Shown: positions 8,770 through 17,911 of the stretch, in pieces
Position numbering within the stretch: position 1 is the stretch's first letter
Layout: each line of letters opens with the position of its first letter
Origin: an uncultured Erysipelotrichaceae bacterium
Lineage (GTDB): Bacteria; Bacillota_I; Bacilli_A; Erysipelotrichales; Erysipelotrichaceae
Direction: 5' to 3'
Length of the DNA stretch: 64,000 nucleotides
Assembly: GCA_964399545.1 (NCBI GenBank)
Contig: CAYNRG010000004.1
Span: 16,735 to 80,734 of the forward strand
The notes under the pieces: generated by a model
Told to the model about the DNA's origin: nothing
What the model saw: only the letters and a program-made list of their open reading frames with translations
The model's database searches: none
Translations under genes and position numbers: made by a program

Positions 8770-11226
8770 ATGATTAATAAAATACTATTAGTGAGTACGA
8801 TGATTGTTTCGGTTCTATCACATAACATCGCTTTACCAGTGGAAAATGGTGAAGAAGTTTTTGAAGAAGGAATCCTTGAAGAAACTCTTACAGAGAATAA
8901 TCTAGAAGAAAATCTTGATGATGAAATTCTTGAAGAAAATGAAGAAGTTCTTGAAGAAAATCTTGATGATGAAATTCTTGAAGAAAATGAAGGAGTTCTT
9001 GAAGAAAATACTGATGAAGAAACCATAGATGAAGAAGAAGTTATCAATATTGAGAATATAAACGATGAAAATTTGGAATCAAGTGATCTCAATCAAGTTG
9101 AAAATGTAGAAATTAATAACGTAGTAGAAGGAGAAGAATTAGTAAGTATGACTAATTCTACTCGTAATTTTACTGACTATTCAATAGTGGGATCGGAAGA
9201 GGAATTGCTTAATGAAATCAATAACTTGAGTGAAATTCCGGGAGATACCAAAACAATAGAGATTAGTCAAGATATAGCATTAACTCAAGATATATTTATT
9301 CAGTTAAGTAAAAATGTTGTTATTTCGTCTAATTCAAATGCGACTTTAACATCCGCAGTAGGAAAGCCGCATTTTAGAGTAGCACAGTCAGATGGTGGTA
9401 ATACCCTTACTTTAAATAATTTTACTTTAATTGGAAGCGTTGAAGCAGAATATATTCAAGGTGATGAATTGATTGGTGATATCACTCAGGCTAGTGCAGG
9501 TGGAGGAATTGCCGGTACAACAAGTGGGAAACTGATTATTGAAGGAATGGTATTTAAGTATATCAAGGAAAAAGCGGTGAATATTAATTCAAAAGGTGGA
9601 GTTTTAATTCGTAACTCGAGTTTTGTTGCAAATACTTCCGCAATTGAGGGAACTGTAATAAGAGTTCAAGGAGATAAAGAAGCCTACGTTATTGAAAATT
9701 CGACATTCATAAATAACAAAGGGAATTGTGGAACTTGGATGAATTATGCTAACCCTGTAATCTATATGAATAATAGTAATGTTGAAGTGATATTGAAAAA
9801 TAACACATTTGTCAATAATTATACTTATGTAAAGGGGACAAATTCATCAGCAACTGGAGGTGGAGTCCTTACAATTAAGCAGTCATCATCTAATGTATTA
9901 GTTGAGGGAAATTATTTTTATGGAAATGAAGTTGAAGCATCAATAGGAAGAGGTAACGGGAACGGAACAACAGCAGATGGTGGAGCTATTTATTCGTTTT
10001 GGAGTACTGGAAAAATGGAAGTTATTGGTAATACATTTCATCAAAATGTAGCTAATGATGAGGGTGGAGCTATTTCAATCGTTGCTTCAAATAATGAAGG
10101 AAATCTTATTGCAAATAATACATTTATAGAAAATCGTTCTAGAGGAAGACAGGTAAGTAATTCTTGGGGTGTTGGAACTGATGGTGATGATGGTGGTGGA
10201 GCCATAGAAGTTAACGGGAACGAGACAAATTTTGGATATGCAAAAATTGCAAATAATACATTTTATGCAAATGTCGCAGAAAATGGAATGGCTTTTTCAG
10301 GAGATACTGTTCTGAATCAAGGTGGTGCAATCTCGTTTAGATATGCTAATGGTGTAGTAGCCAATAATGTAATCGTTGGAAATGAAGCAGGTACTGAAGA
10401 AACAAAAAATATCTATGTTGATCCAGCAAATACAGATGTTACTTTATCAAATAACGTTATTGATGAAGCTGTAATGGATGTATTTTACACAGATGGTCCA
10501 ACTTTAGGAGAGTTTGATAATACTGTCTTAGCAGGAAATCCTAATGAGGGGTATGAGCAAATTATTCCAGTATTAATGCCTATTGGACCAAATAACAATA
10601 GCAGTGCAACTGGATTGGCAGATGGGCAAGGAATTGATACAGAGGAACTAGATCAGAGAAATTATACACGCACAGTATTGCCGGATATAGGTGCACTAGA
10701 TACTATATATGTTGAATTTAATAGCAATGGTGGATCTTGGTCAAAAGATAGTGGAACATTATTCTATGATGGGAGTTTGTTCTATAGTGCAGATGATGAA
10801 GGTATCGTGGAAGAACAGCTTATTGTTACTTATCCATCTTCAAGTATAGAAGAAGTGATAGAAGATCCGACAGCTCCAGAAGGCTATCAATTTATTGGGT
10901 GGCATGATGCAGCCGATTCTACTTCAGTATTATCAGAAGAAGAGTTAAGGAATAAATTATCGGAGTTAAATGAAAATGTAGTTTTATATGCTATCTATGA
11001 AGAAGTTATAGTATCTACACCAGAAGAAACAGTATATTATACTTTGAATTTTATGAATTGTTCTAATGGAATAGCGGGACAAGACTGGGTTCAACCTGGA
11101 GAGAATGGAACTCCACCGTATGGATTTACATACGAAAGGTCTGAATATATTAATGTTGGTGGAAGCAGAGATATCTATCCAAAAAATTGCGATGGTGGAT
11201 TCAAGATTCCAGACACAGGTAAATAA
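8770..11226 (+). CDS. Secreted right-handed beta-helix repeat protein (Pmp-like GGAI repeats) with acidic N-terminal repeats and C-terminal Listeria/Bacteroides-type repeat domains
   Basis: RBS (taggagg). Signal-like N-terminus. Repeated ..GGA(I/L).. / N..F..N motifs between roughly aa 250 and 560. C-terminal ..FNSNGGSW.. and ..GYQFIGW.. elements typical of Flg_new repeats. Confidence 0.7.
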   Translation: MINKILLVSTMIVSVLSHNIALPVENGEEVFEEGILEETLTENNLEENLDDEILEENEEVLEENLDDEILEENEGVLEENTDEETIDEEEVINIENINDENLESSDLNQVENVEINNVVEGEELVSMTNSTRNFTDYSIVGSEEELLNEINNLSEIPGDTKTIEISQDIALTQDIFIQLSKNVVISSNSNATLTSAVGKPHFRVAQSDGGNTLTLNNFTLIGSVEAEYIQGDELIGDITQASAGGGIAGTTSGKLIIEGMVFKYIKEKAVNINSKGGVLIRNSSFVANTSAIEGTVIRVQGDKEAYVIENSTFINNKGNCGTWMNYANPVIYMNNSNVEVILKNNTFVNNYTYVKGTNSSATGGGVLTIKQSSSNVLVEGNYFYGNEVEASIGRGNGNGTTADGGAIYSFWSTGKMEVIGNTFHQNVANDEGGAISIVASNNEGNLIANNTFIENRSRGRQVSNSWGVGTDGDDGGGAIEVNGNETNFGYAKIANNTFYANVAENGMAFSGDTVLNQGGAISFRYANGVVANNVIVGNEAGTEETKNIYVDPANTDVTLSNNVIDEAVMDVFYTDGPTLGEFDNTVLAGNPNEGYEQIIPVLMPIGPNNNSSATGLADGQGIDTEELDQRNYTRTVLPDIGALDTIYVEFNSNGGSWSKDSGTLFYDGSLFYSADDEGIVEEQLIVTYPSSSIEEVIEDPTAPEGYQFIGWHDAADSTSVLSEEELRNKLSELNENVVLYAIYEEVIVSTPEETVYYTLNFMNCSNGIAGQDWVQPGENGTPPYGFTYERSEYINVGGSRDIYPKNCDGGFKIPDTGK
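8905..9012 (+). repeat. In-frame 48-bp tandem repeat (2 near-identical units plus a partial third) encoding EENLDDEILEENE(E/G)VL
   Basis: Units 8905-8952 and 8953-9000 differ at one base (gaagaagtt vs gaaggagtt). A degenerate third unit follows. Confidence 0.9.
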
Positions 11227-11247
11227 TCAAGTTTGAAAAGAAACAAA

Positions 11248-11291
11248 AACACCTCTTAGAGTGCGAGAATGCGATTCTAGGAGGTGTTTTT
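11248..11291 (+). terminator. Rho-independent terminator after the beta-helix protein gene
   Basis: aacacctcttaga ... tctaggaggtgtt stem (one G-U pair) followed by ttttt. Confidence 0.8.
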
Positions 11292-11469
11292 AAGTGCTTA
11301 AGGAAAAGAGAGTGGAATGGAAATAAACTTGAATAAGAGGGCGATTAAAGAGAGGCTATTTTTCATAAGGTAAGGGATGAAGGAAACTTACGCATAGCTG
11401 AAACATACGCAAGCTAGATTTGTTATATAATCGATGATTTGATTTGGATAAGGAAATCAGAGTAACATA

Positions 11470-12714
11470 TTAAAATTCAACTTTATCAATGATACAGCGA
11501 ATCGTTAGTGCAAGTCCTTTTAATTTTGAAGTAGGACAAGAGCAGATAGCGATACGAATTCCAAGGTTTACTTTGACAGTAAAGATGTGATGATTAATTA
11601 AAGCTGTATGAAGTTTATCTCGCTGCTGATTATCTTTACAAGCGATAGTGATAAAGAACCCTTCTTTGTAAGGATAAAGAGGAAGTTGACAATCTTTGGC
11701 TTCTTTTAGGAAAAGTGTACTCCGTTCTTTTAATAAATCAATATAAATTTGCTTTTCGGAAATAAAGTTAAAATAATTGTTAGAAGTTACCCAAGCAAAA
11801 TTATCCATTGCTGCATTAGGGATATTGCTCCAAATGGCACGAGCACCTTTTTCGAAGACTTGTTCTAACTGACTAATGACTTGGTTCTGTTGAGCAATTA
11901 AGATGAGAGCTCCGCATCGAAGACCATAAGAGGTGCAAGTTTTTGAGCAACTAAATGTTAAAGCAACTAGAAGGTTTTTGTGAATGGTGTTTAAAAGGGG
12001 GAAGTGTTTACGAGACTGTTTCAAATTATAAGAGTAATCTATATATGCTAAATCTTGTAAAAGAATGACAGGAACATCGCAAGCACATTCATTTAAAAAA
12101 TTTAAAACACAACTCCATTCATCTAAAGTCATAGAATAACCTGTTGGATTATGGCAAGGATCATTGATAACAACCATTAACTTTTTTTGTTTTTGAATAA
12201 TATGGAGACAAGAAGTTTTGAAAGATTGAAGATTAAATAAGCCAGAGGCATTAAAGAGTTGGTAAAATTCAGGATGAATATTATATTGTTCAGCCATCAC
12301 TTCATAGCTTTCCCAAGCGATATTAGGGAGTAGAATAGAATCGCCTTCATCAAGGAAGCTAGAAAATGATAAACTAAGGGCGCCACTGCCACCTGGAGTA
12401 GCAATCACTGTGTGAGGAAGAGCGATTTTCTCATTTTGAAAAACCCAGTCAAAAACTTGATAGCGATAATTTGCATTTCCACTATAGTGAGCAGCGTAGC
12501 GAGCTTTGGTTTGACTAGGCAGTGAATTGTAATGTTCAAAAACACTTTTGAATGCGACTAGCTCTCCCTCATCATCGATAAGTGATCCTACTGTTGCGTT
12601 GATAACATGATCGGAACCTAGCTTTTTAATTTCTTCTTTAGCTAATCGAGCAACAGCAAAGACGGTGTCTGTTAAAGGGTTTGTATTTAGATTTTTTTTT
12701 GTAAAATTAGTCAT
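11470..12714 (-). CDS. Class I/II pyridoxal-phosphate aminotransferase (aspartate/aromatic type)
   Basis: AAT-like fold-type I pattern (..GGSGALSL.., ..NPCHNPTGYS.., ..SCSKT.. PLP-Lys region, ..R.G..). The start is set at MTNFTKK, preceded by aaaggag; the ORF-track start is 10 codons upstream. Confidence 0.8.
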   Translation of the reverse strand: MTNFTKKNLNTNPLTDTVFAVARLAKEEIKKLGSDHVINATVGSLIDDEGELVAFKSVFEHYNSLPSQTKARYAAHYSGNANYRYQVFDWVFQNEKIALPHTVIATPGGSGALSLSFSSFLDEGDSILLPNIAWESYEVMAEQYNIHPEFYQLFNASGLFNLQSFKTSCLHIIQKQKKLMVVINDPCHNPTGYSMTLDEWSCVLNFLNECACDVPVILLQDLAYIDYSYNLKQSRKHFPLLNTIHKNLLVALTFSCSKTCTSYGLRCGALILIAQQNQVISQLEQVFEKGARAIWSNIPNAAMDNFAWVTSNNYFNFISEKQIYIDLLKERSTLFLKEAKDCQLPLYPYKEGFFITIACKDNQQRDKLHTALINHHIFTVKVNLGIRIAICSCPTSKLKGLALTIRCIIDKVEF

Positions 12715-12845
12715 GATTAAGTCTCCTTTTATACAATGTATCAAGAAACACTAAGAAGTGCAATGGAAATTGATATTATCCTTAATTTATGCTAAAATAA
12801 TGAAGAAGAGAGGGTAAGTGAGAGCTGATTGAGTCTCACTTGGAT

Positions 12846-13283
12846 ATGAAAATGAGAAAAATAATAGGAATAGCAATGATTATGTTTTTGGTTACTGGTT
12901 GTAGTGCTGGAGATAAAAAAATAGTTTGTTCACTAGGTGAAAGTGATTATGGTCTTGCGATAGATTCTAAAATGACAATATTTGCTTCTTCAAATTCGTC
13001 GCCAGTAAAAAAACTGATTATATCTCAATTAATTAAGGAACGAGAAGGTCGTTTGGAAGCTGAAAAAATTGAAGAATCCTATACAAAGCTTATGGATTTG
13101 GCAAAAGAGGAAGAAGGTTTTGCTTTTTCTTATGAAATAGAGGGAGATAACTTGTCTATAGATATTGAGTATGATTTCGAAAAAATAAGCGAGGAGAAAA
13201 AAGAGCAGCTAGGTCTTCAACTTCCTTCAACGCTAGGAGAGGTAGTAGAAGATTTAGAATTAGGTGGATATACGTGTAAATAG
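12846..13283 (+). CDS. Lipoprotein (hypothetical)
   Basis: Signal peptide ending in the lipobox LVTGC. The start codon is uncertain (TTG 12840, ATG 12846 or 12852). Confidence 0.6.
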   Translation: MKMRKIIGIAMIMFLVTGCSAGDKKIVCSLGESDYGLAIDSKMTIFASSNSSPVKKLIISQLIKEREGRLEAEKIEESYTKLMDLAKEEEGFAFSYEIEGDNLSIDIEYDFEKISEEKKEQLGLQLPSTLGEVVEDLELGGYTCK

Positions 13284-13310
13284 GTATTTTCTTTGATTCG
13301 AATAAGCATA

Positions 13311-13341
13311 AAAATAGAGATGAATTTGTCTCTATTTTTTT
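13311..13341 (+). terminator. Rho-independent terminator
   Basis: atagaga-tgaatttg-tctctat stem-loop followed by ttttttt. Confidence 0.75.
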
Positions 13342-13753
13342 ACAATAGGATATAAAATAATTAAATAAATATAATAAGATTGATAAATTTATTTAAATAA
13401 TAATTTTTCGTATTTCGAAGATAGAGAGAATATCCATTGGTATCTCCATACCAACCCAAAGTTCATTCTTGCGATAGTCAAGATGAGTTTACCTTTATTG
13501 CTGTACTTTAACAGGTTACTTCTTTTTCCTATTCTATTGCACTAATATATAATAATGTACAACTTTATTACTATATCGCAATAAAAAATATGAGATTTAT
13601 TTACTGTTACATATGTAATTGAGGTTAGTGAGAAAGAAAATCATATCCTCCTGTAAAAGTGAAATAAAATTGGAAATAGGATCAGATTATGATAGAATAA
13701 AAATTGTGAATTTAAAAAGAATGTATTAATTTTGATTGAAAGGAGAATAGAAG

Positions 13754-14089
13754 ATGAATCGTTTTTGGAATAACGTAGGCTATCCAATGAGTGTCTTAAT
13801 TGTTGGAGGACTATTAATTCGATTTTTATCAGAAAATGTATCTGCAGCAATTCTGACTATCTTGGTTGCCTTTGTTTGCTTTGCATTTGGAATTAGTTTA
13901 CATCAAAGGAAGAAAAGTAAAGAATGGGTCCATAAGTTTATAATCGCCTTCTTTTTTATCTTTTTCTTATTTTGGGATTTAGGATATGTGGTTTTACCTG
14001 AATTGAAAAATTTCTTTAATTTTATAGGGATTAATGGAATAGTGATTCGACTGTTTTATGTTTTTTGTGGATGGAGTTTCTTTAAATAA
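13754..14089 (+). CDS. Small membrane protein (hypothetical, 3-4 TM)
   Basis: Good RBS (aaaggag, 7 nt spacing) and a hydrophobic profile. No family was recognised. Confidence 0.45.
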   Translation: MNRFWNNVGYPMSVLIVGGLLIRFLSENVSAAILTILVAFVCFAFGISLHQRKKSKEWVHKFIIAFFFIFFLFWDLGYVVLPELKNFFNFIGINGIVIRLFYVFCGWSFFK

Positions 14090-14172
14090 GAAAGTGTAGC
14101 GTAGCAAGTGTATTAAGGAGATAGTTGCTAATAAAGTATCCGTGAGTAATAATGGGGGTAGGAATAGTAGAT

Positions 14173-14208
14173 AAAAAAACAATTAGACCCTAATCTAATT
14201 GTTTTTTA
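14173..14208. terminator. Bidirectional terminator between convergent genes
   Basis: aaaaaaacaattag-accctaat-ctaattgtttttt: an 8-bp stem flanked by an A-run and a T-run. Confidence 0.7.
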
Positions 14209-14284
14209 TATTGGCTAACTCCACTTGTTTTTCTGTAGTAGAGTAGGAATAAAGTTTTATTCTAGATTCGCTTGATATAAATGT

Positions 14285-14848
14285 CTAGAACCAAGGAAGA
14301 GGGAAAACGTTTTGGCTTGAAATAAGTTGCTTTTTCTTCAATGAGGGTCCAATAACATTAAAAATAAGAACAAGCATTATAAACTCAATAGGTAGTAAGA
14401 GCGTATTTTTTAAAAGACTTGCATTAAAATAAAAAATAAACCCTTTTGAGAACATCAATGTACTCCAAATCGAACCTAAAAAAGCATTAACAAATAGATT
14501 AACAACAAACTTTGCTCCTACAATTTTGAGCCATGTGATCTTCGTATCGTATAGAAAGATAGCGTAAATAAATAATCCAAGCATACTACTTAATGTGTAA
14601 CCTGGGAAAAAAGGTCCACTAGGACGAATTATGACACCTAAGAGGTCCCCGATGAGCCCACTAACTAAGGCAGGGATAGGACCGATAATCGCAGCTTCAA
14701 CAGCACTAAATATGAATGTAGAATAAATACGTAAATTATCCGCAACCGGAATATAGAATGTGCCAACTGCAATCTTTAGTGCAATAAAAATTGCCATAAT
14801 GGCAAGGTATTTGGTTGATGCTAGGTTTTTTGATGATTTTTTAAACAT
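14285..14848 (-). CDS. folT: ECF transporter S component for folates (FolT)
   Basis: About 190 aa with 6 TM helices, FolT-like sequence, and a THF riboswitch immediately upstream. The start is set at MFKKSS, behind aaaaggagg; the ORF-track start lies inside the riboswitch platform. Confidence 0.8.
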   Translation of the reverse strand: MFKKSSKNLASTKYLAIMAIFIALKIAVGTFYIPVADNLRIYSTFIFSAVEAAIIGPIPALVSGLIGDLLGVIIRPSGPFFPGYTLSSMLGLFIYAIFLYDTKITWLKIVGAKFVVNLFVNAFLGSIWSTLMFSKGFIFYFNASLLKNTLLLPIEFIMLVLIFNVIGPSLKKKQLISSQNVFPLPWF

Positions 14849-14892
14849 AGTAGTTCCTCCTTTTCCCAAAAGATGTGAAAAGGAATCACAAC

Positions 14893-14988
14893 GGTTGGGT
14901 ATCAACACTACACCGCAAGAAGTCTTTTCGTCTATCTCTTTCCCACAAAAGGGATAGCACTTAACGCATAGTGTGATCTACTATCTAA
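14893..14988 (-). ncRNA. THF (tetrahydrofolate) riboswitch
   Basis: The minus strand reads AGUAGAUCACACUAUGCGUUAAGUG...ACGAAAAGACUUCUUGCGGUGUAGUGUUGAUACC. This matches the conserved AGUAG..GCGUUAAGUG and ACGAA..GCGGUG cores and the long-range helix of the THF class (Rfam RF01831), as remembered from the Eubacterium siraeum structure. It sits upstream of folT. Confidence 0.85.
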
Positions 14989-15069
14989 AACTATACCTAG
15001 AAAACAAGAAGTTTGTCAAGTTAGACTTTAATAAATCATAAAAATGGGGTAAACTAAAGAAAGAAAAAG

Positions 15070-15963
15070 GTGATTAAATTGAAACAAATTGTAACAATAG
15101 GGCAATTGGATTGGATTGAAGCTATAGCTAAACATGGAGACGGTATTCTTTTATCGGATGGTTTTCATGGTGCACAAAGTCCAAAAAGCTTTACCATGAA
15201 TGAAATTAAAGAAGGAATTAATCGTACGAAGACGTGTGGGTTAATTTGTGCCGTAAGAATGAATCGGATGTATGCAGAAAGTGAAATTCAAACAATAGAA
15301 TCTTATATGAGACAATTGATTGATTGGCATGTCGATTGGATCTATTATCAGGATCCGGCAGTTTATATGGTGGCAGAAACATTAGGTGTTCAAAACAAGT
15401 TGGTTTATGATCCAGATACATTGATGACAAATTCAAGAGATGTTCAATATATGCTTGATCAAGGTATCCACCATGCGGTTTTATCAAAAGAAATTACATT
15501 AGAAGAAATGGTGCAAATTTTAAATAAGCTAGCTCAACCTGTAGAGGCAATCTTGTTTGGCTATTTAAAGTTAGCTACATCAAAGAGACGATTAATTGAA
15601 AGTTATTGTCAAGAAATTGGAGTAGAGAATACACTGTTTAACAGAAAAGATTGTTTTTTAATTGAATCTACCCGAAATGAGAAAATGCCGATTGTAGAAG
15701 ATGAGCATGGAACACATGTTTTTATGGATTATATTCTATGTGCGATGGAGGAGGTGCTTCCATTGCAACAAGCAGGCCTTGATATTTTGAGGATTGATGG
15801 AAATTTTCTAGAGAAAGAAATGATTATTGAGGCTGTTGCAGCATTTAAACAAATTCTAACAGGTTCTTCACCACAAATGATTGTTGAAGAATTTAAAAAG
15901 AAGTATGAAAATTATCCATGGAGTACGGGTTATATGTATCAAAAAACAAATTTAGTGAAGTAA
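15070..15963 (+). CDS. Peptidase U32 family protein (YrrN-like)
   Basis: U32-family sequence paired with a second U32 gene, as in B. subtilis yrrN-yrrO. GTG start assumed. Confidence 0.7.
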   Translation: MIKLKQIVTIGQLDWIEAIAKHGDGILLSDGFHGAQSPKSFTMNEIKEGINRTKTCGLICAVRMNRMYAESEIQTIESYMRQLIDWHVDWIYYQDPAVYMVAETLGVQNKLVYDPDTLMTNSRDVQYMLDQGIHHAVLSKEITLEEMVQILNKLAQPVEAILFGYLKLATSKRRLIESYCQEIGVENTLFNRKDCFLIESTRNEKMPIVEDEHGTHVFMDYILCAMEEVLPLQQAGLDILRIDGNFLEKEMIIEAVAAFKQILTGSSPQMIVEEFKKKYENYPWSTGYMYQKTNLVK

Positions 15964-15972
15964 GGAGTAATC

Positions 15973-17184
15973 ATGAATAAGACAATTGAGTTATTAGCGC
16001 CAGCAGGCGATTTAGAACGGGCTAAAACAGCTATTCGATTTGGAGCCAATGCGGTTTACTTAGGAGGTAAGCGTTTTTCTTTGCGATCAAGGGCCTCTAA
16101 TTTTGGACTAGATGAAATAAGAGAAGCTTGTGATTTTGCAAAAAAATACAAAGCACATATCCATGTCACGATTAATATTATTCCTCATGAGGAAGATTTT
16201 GATGGCTTAGAAGATTATGTTTGTGAACTTGAGAAAGCGGGAGTAACAGCAGTTATTGTTGCTTCTTCAGCGATGATTCAAGTTGTAAAAAGAGTAGCGC
16301 CAAAATTAGAGGTTCATTTAAGTACTCAGATGACTACGACTAACTCCAAGGCGATAGATTATTACAAGCGGTTAGGAGTAGATAGGGTAGTTCTTGCAAG
16401 AGAATGTGATTTAGAGGATGTTGTTTCCATTACTCAAGTCTCTTCTTTGCCAACGGAAGCTTTTATTCATGGAGGGATGTGTGTTAATTATTCAGGGCGT
16501 TGTACTCTAAGCAACCGCATGACACTTCGTGATGCTAATCGAGGAGGTTGTGCTCAATCATGTCGATGGAAGTACCATTTATATCAAGGTGAAAATGAAA
16601 TAAGCACTTCAGATTGTTTATTTTCAATGAGTTCAAAAGATTTAATGGCAGCTGAAGTTGTCTATGATTTAATGCAAGCGAATGTGGCTTCTTTGAAGAT
16701 TGAAGGAAGAATGAAATCCAATTATTATATAGCTACAGTGGTCCAAACTTATCGTCGTCTAATTGATGAAATTGCCAATACCGAAAAACCACTGTCTCAG
16801 ACTCGACTTGCTTATTATCAAAATGAATTTTCTAAAGCTGAAAACAGGCCAACATCGATAGGATTTTATCAAGGCTTACCTCAGGCTAACGGACACTTAT
16901 ATGGTATTAATGGAGCAGGTGTAACTCATTTGTTTGTGGGAGTGATTTTATCTTATGATAAAATCACAAAAGAGGCTATTATTGAAGTTCGTAATGTAAT
17001 TAAAGAAAATGAAAATTTGGAAGTTTTTGGTCCAAAAGTAAATAATCAAGTTTTCATGATTCAGGAGTTTACTCGTGATGAAGATGGTGAAAAGATTGAG
17101 GTTGCCAATCAACCAATGACTAAGATTCGCTGTAAAATCCCGTTTGATGTAGAACCGCTGGATATGATTAGGAGACATCAATAA
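15973..17184 (+). CDS. Peptidase U32 family protein (YrrO/YhbU-like)
   Basis: Typical U32 N-terminus (ELLAPAGDLERAKTAIRFGANAVYLGG) and the signature region E..IHG..C..YSGRC.LS. Confidence 0.85.
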   Translation: MNKTIELLAPAGDLERAKTAIRFGANAVYLGGKRFSLRSRASNFGLDEIREACDFAKKYKAHIHVTINIIPHEEDFDGLEDYVCELEKAGVTAVIVASSAMIQVVKRVAPKLEVHLSTQMTTTNSKAIDYYKRLGVDRVVLARECDLEDVVSITQVSSLPTEAFIHGGMCVNYSGRCTLSNRMTLRDANRGGCAQSCRWKYHLYQGENEISTSDCLFSMSSKDLMAAEVVYDLMQANVASLKIEGRMKSNYYIATVVQTYRRLIDEIANTEKPLSQTRLAYYQNEFSKAENRPTSIGFYQGLPQANGHLYGINGAGVTHLFVGVILSYDKITKEAIIEVRNVIKENENLEVFGPKVNNQVFMIQEFTRDEDGEKIEVANQPMTKIRCKIPFDVEPLDMIRRHQ

Positions 17185-17909
17185 TGAAGCTAGAAGGAGC
17201 ACTGAGTGTAAAGGCAGCTCTTTTGGCGAAGAGAAGAGAAGTAACAACTATTTTTGTAGATAAAAAAAAGAAAGATAAAGATACTGACTTTATTTGTAAA
17301 AAAGCGAAAGAGAATAGGGTGAATCTTGTTTTTAAGGAAAGAGACGAGATTGACAAACTTTGCGATGGAAAAACTCATGGTGGAGTAATGGCTTATGTAG
17401 AAGAGCGGAAAAAGCAGAATCTTGAAGAAGCTTTTCAAGTAGATAATCCCTTTATTTGTATCTTAGAAGGTGTTGAAGATCCCTTTAATTTAGGATATGC
17501 CCTCCGCACTTTGTATAGTGCAGGATGTACAGGAGTTATTCTTCGAAGAAGAGACTGGAGTCATGTTGATTCGACTATTCTGAAATCTAGTGCTGGCGCA
17601 AGTGAATATATTAATTGGATTGAGAGTGATAATCTTCAACAAGATTTAAAGATTTGTAAGCAAAAAGGTTGCCAAATTTTTTCGGCGATGAGAAAGGATG
17701 CAATTCCGTATTTTGATCAAAGTTATAAAGGACCGATGGTTTTAGCTATTGGCGGAGAAATGAGAGGTCTAAGTAGACAAGTCTTAGATGAAACAGATCA
17801 AAATATATATATTCCTTATGCAAATGACTTTAGAAATGCATTAAATGCATCAAGTGCTGTTGCTGCTATTAGTTTTGAGGTAGTTCGGCAACGACGAGGA
17901 GGGAAGTAG
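17184..17909 (+). CDS. TrmH/SpoU-family RNA 2'-O-methyltransferase (RlmB-like)
   Basis: SpoU motifs (..EGVEDPFNLGYALRT.., ..LAIGGEMRGLS.., ..IPYANDFRNALNASSAVAA..). Confidence 0.8.
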   Translation: MKLEGALSVKAALLAKRREVTTIFVDKKKKDKDTDFICKKAKENRVNLVFKERDEIDKLCDGKTHGGVMAYVEERKKQNLEEAFQVDNPFICILEGVEDPFNLGYALRTLYSAGCTGVILRRRDWSHVDSTILKSSAGASEYINWIESDNLQQDLKICKQKGCQIFSAMRKDAIPYFDQSYKGPMVLAIGGEMRGLSRQVLDETDQNIYIPYANDFRNALNASSAVAAISFEVVRQRRGGK

Positions 17910-17911
17910 CT

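Noticed and set aside
8736-9092. 118-aa Ser-rich ORF on the minus strand
   Set aside because: It is the reverse-complement shadow of the Glu/Asp-rich tandem repeat of the 8770-11226 gene. It has no RBS and lies fully inside a well-supported gene.
11206-11226. C-terminal IPDTGK of the beta-helix protein as a sortase (LPXTG-like) sorting signal
   Set aside because: The motif is followed by one Lys and the stop codon. No frame downstream encodes a hydrophobic tail, and a strong terminator follows at 11248. It is probably coincidental and at most a decayed signal.
13341-13753. About 410 bp of non-coding sequence as a decayed gene or mobile-element remnant
   Set aside because: A six-frame reading by eye gave only short, stop-interrupted fragments with no recognisable transposase or integrase motif. 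I saw no terminal inverted repeats.
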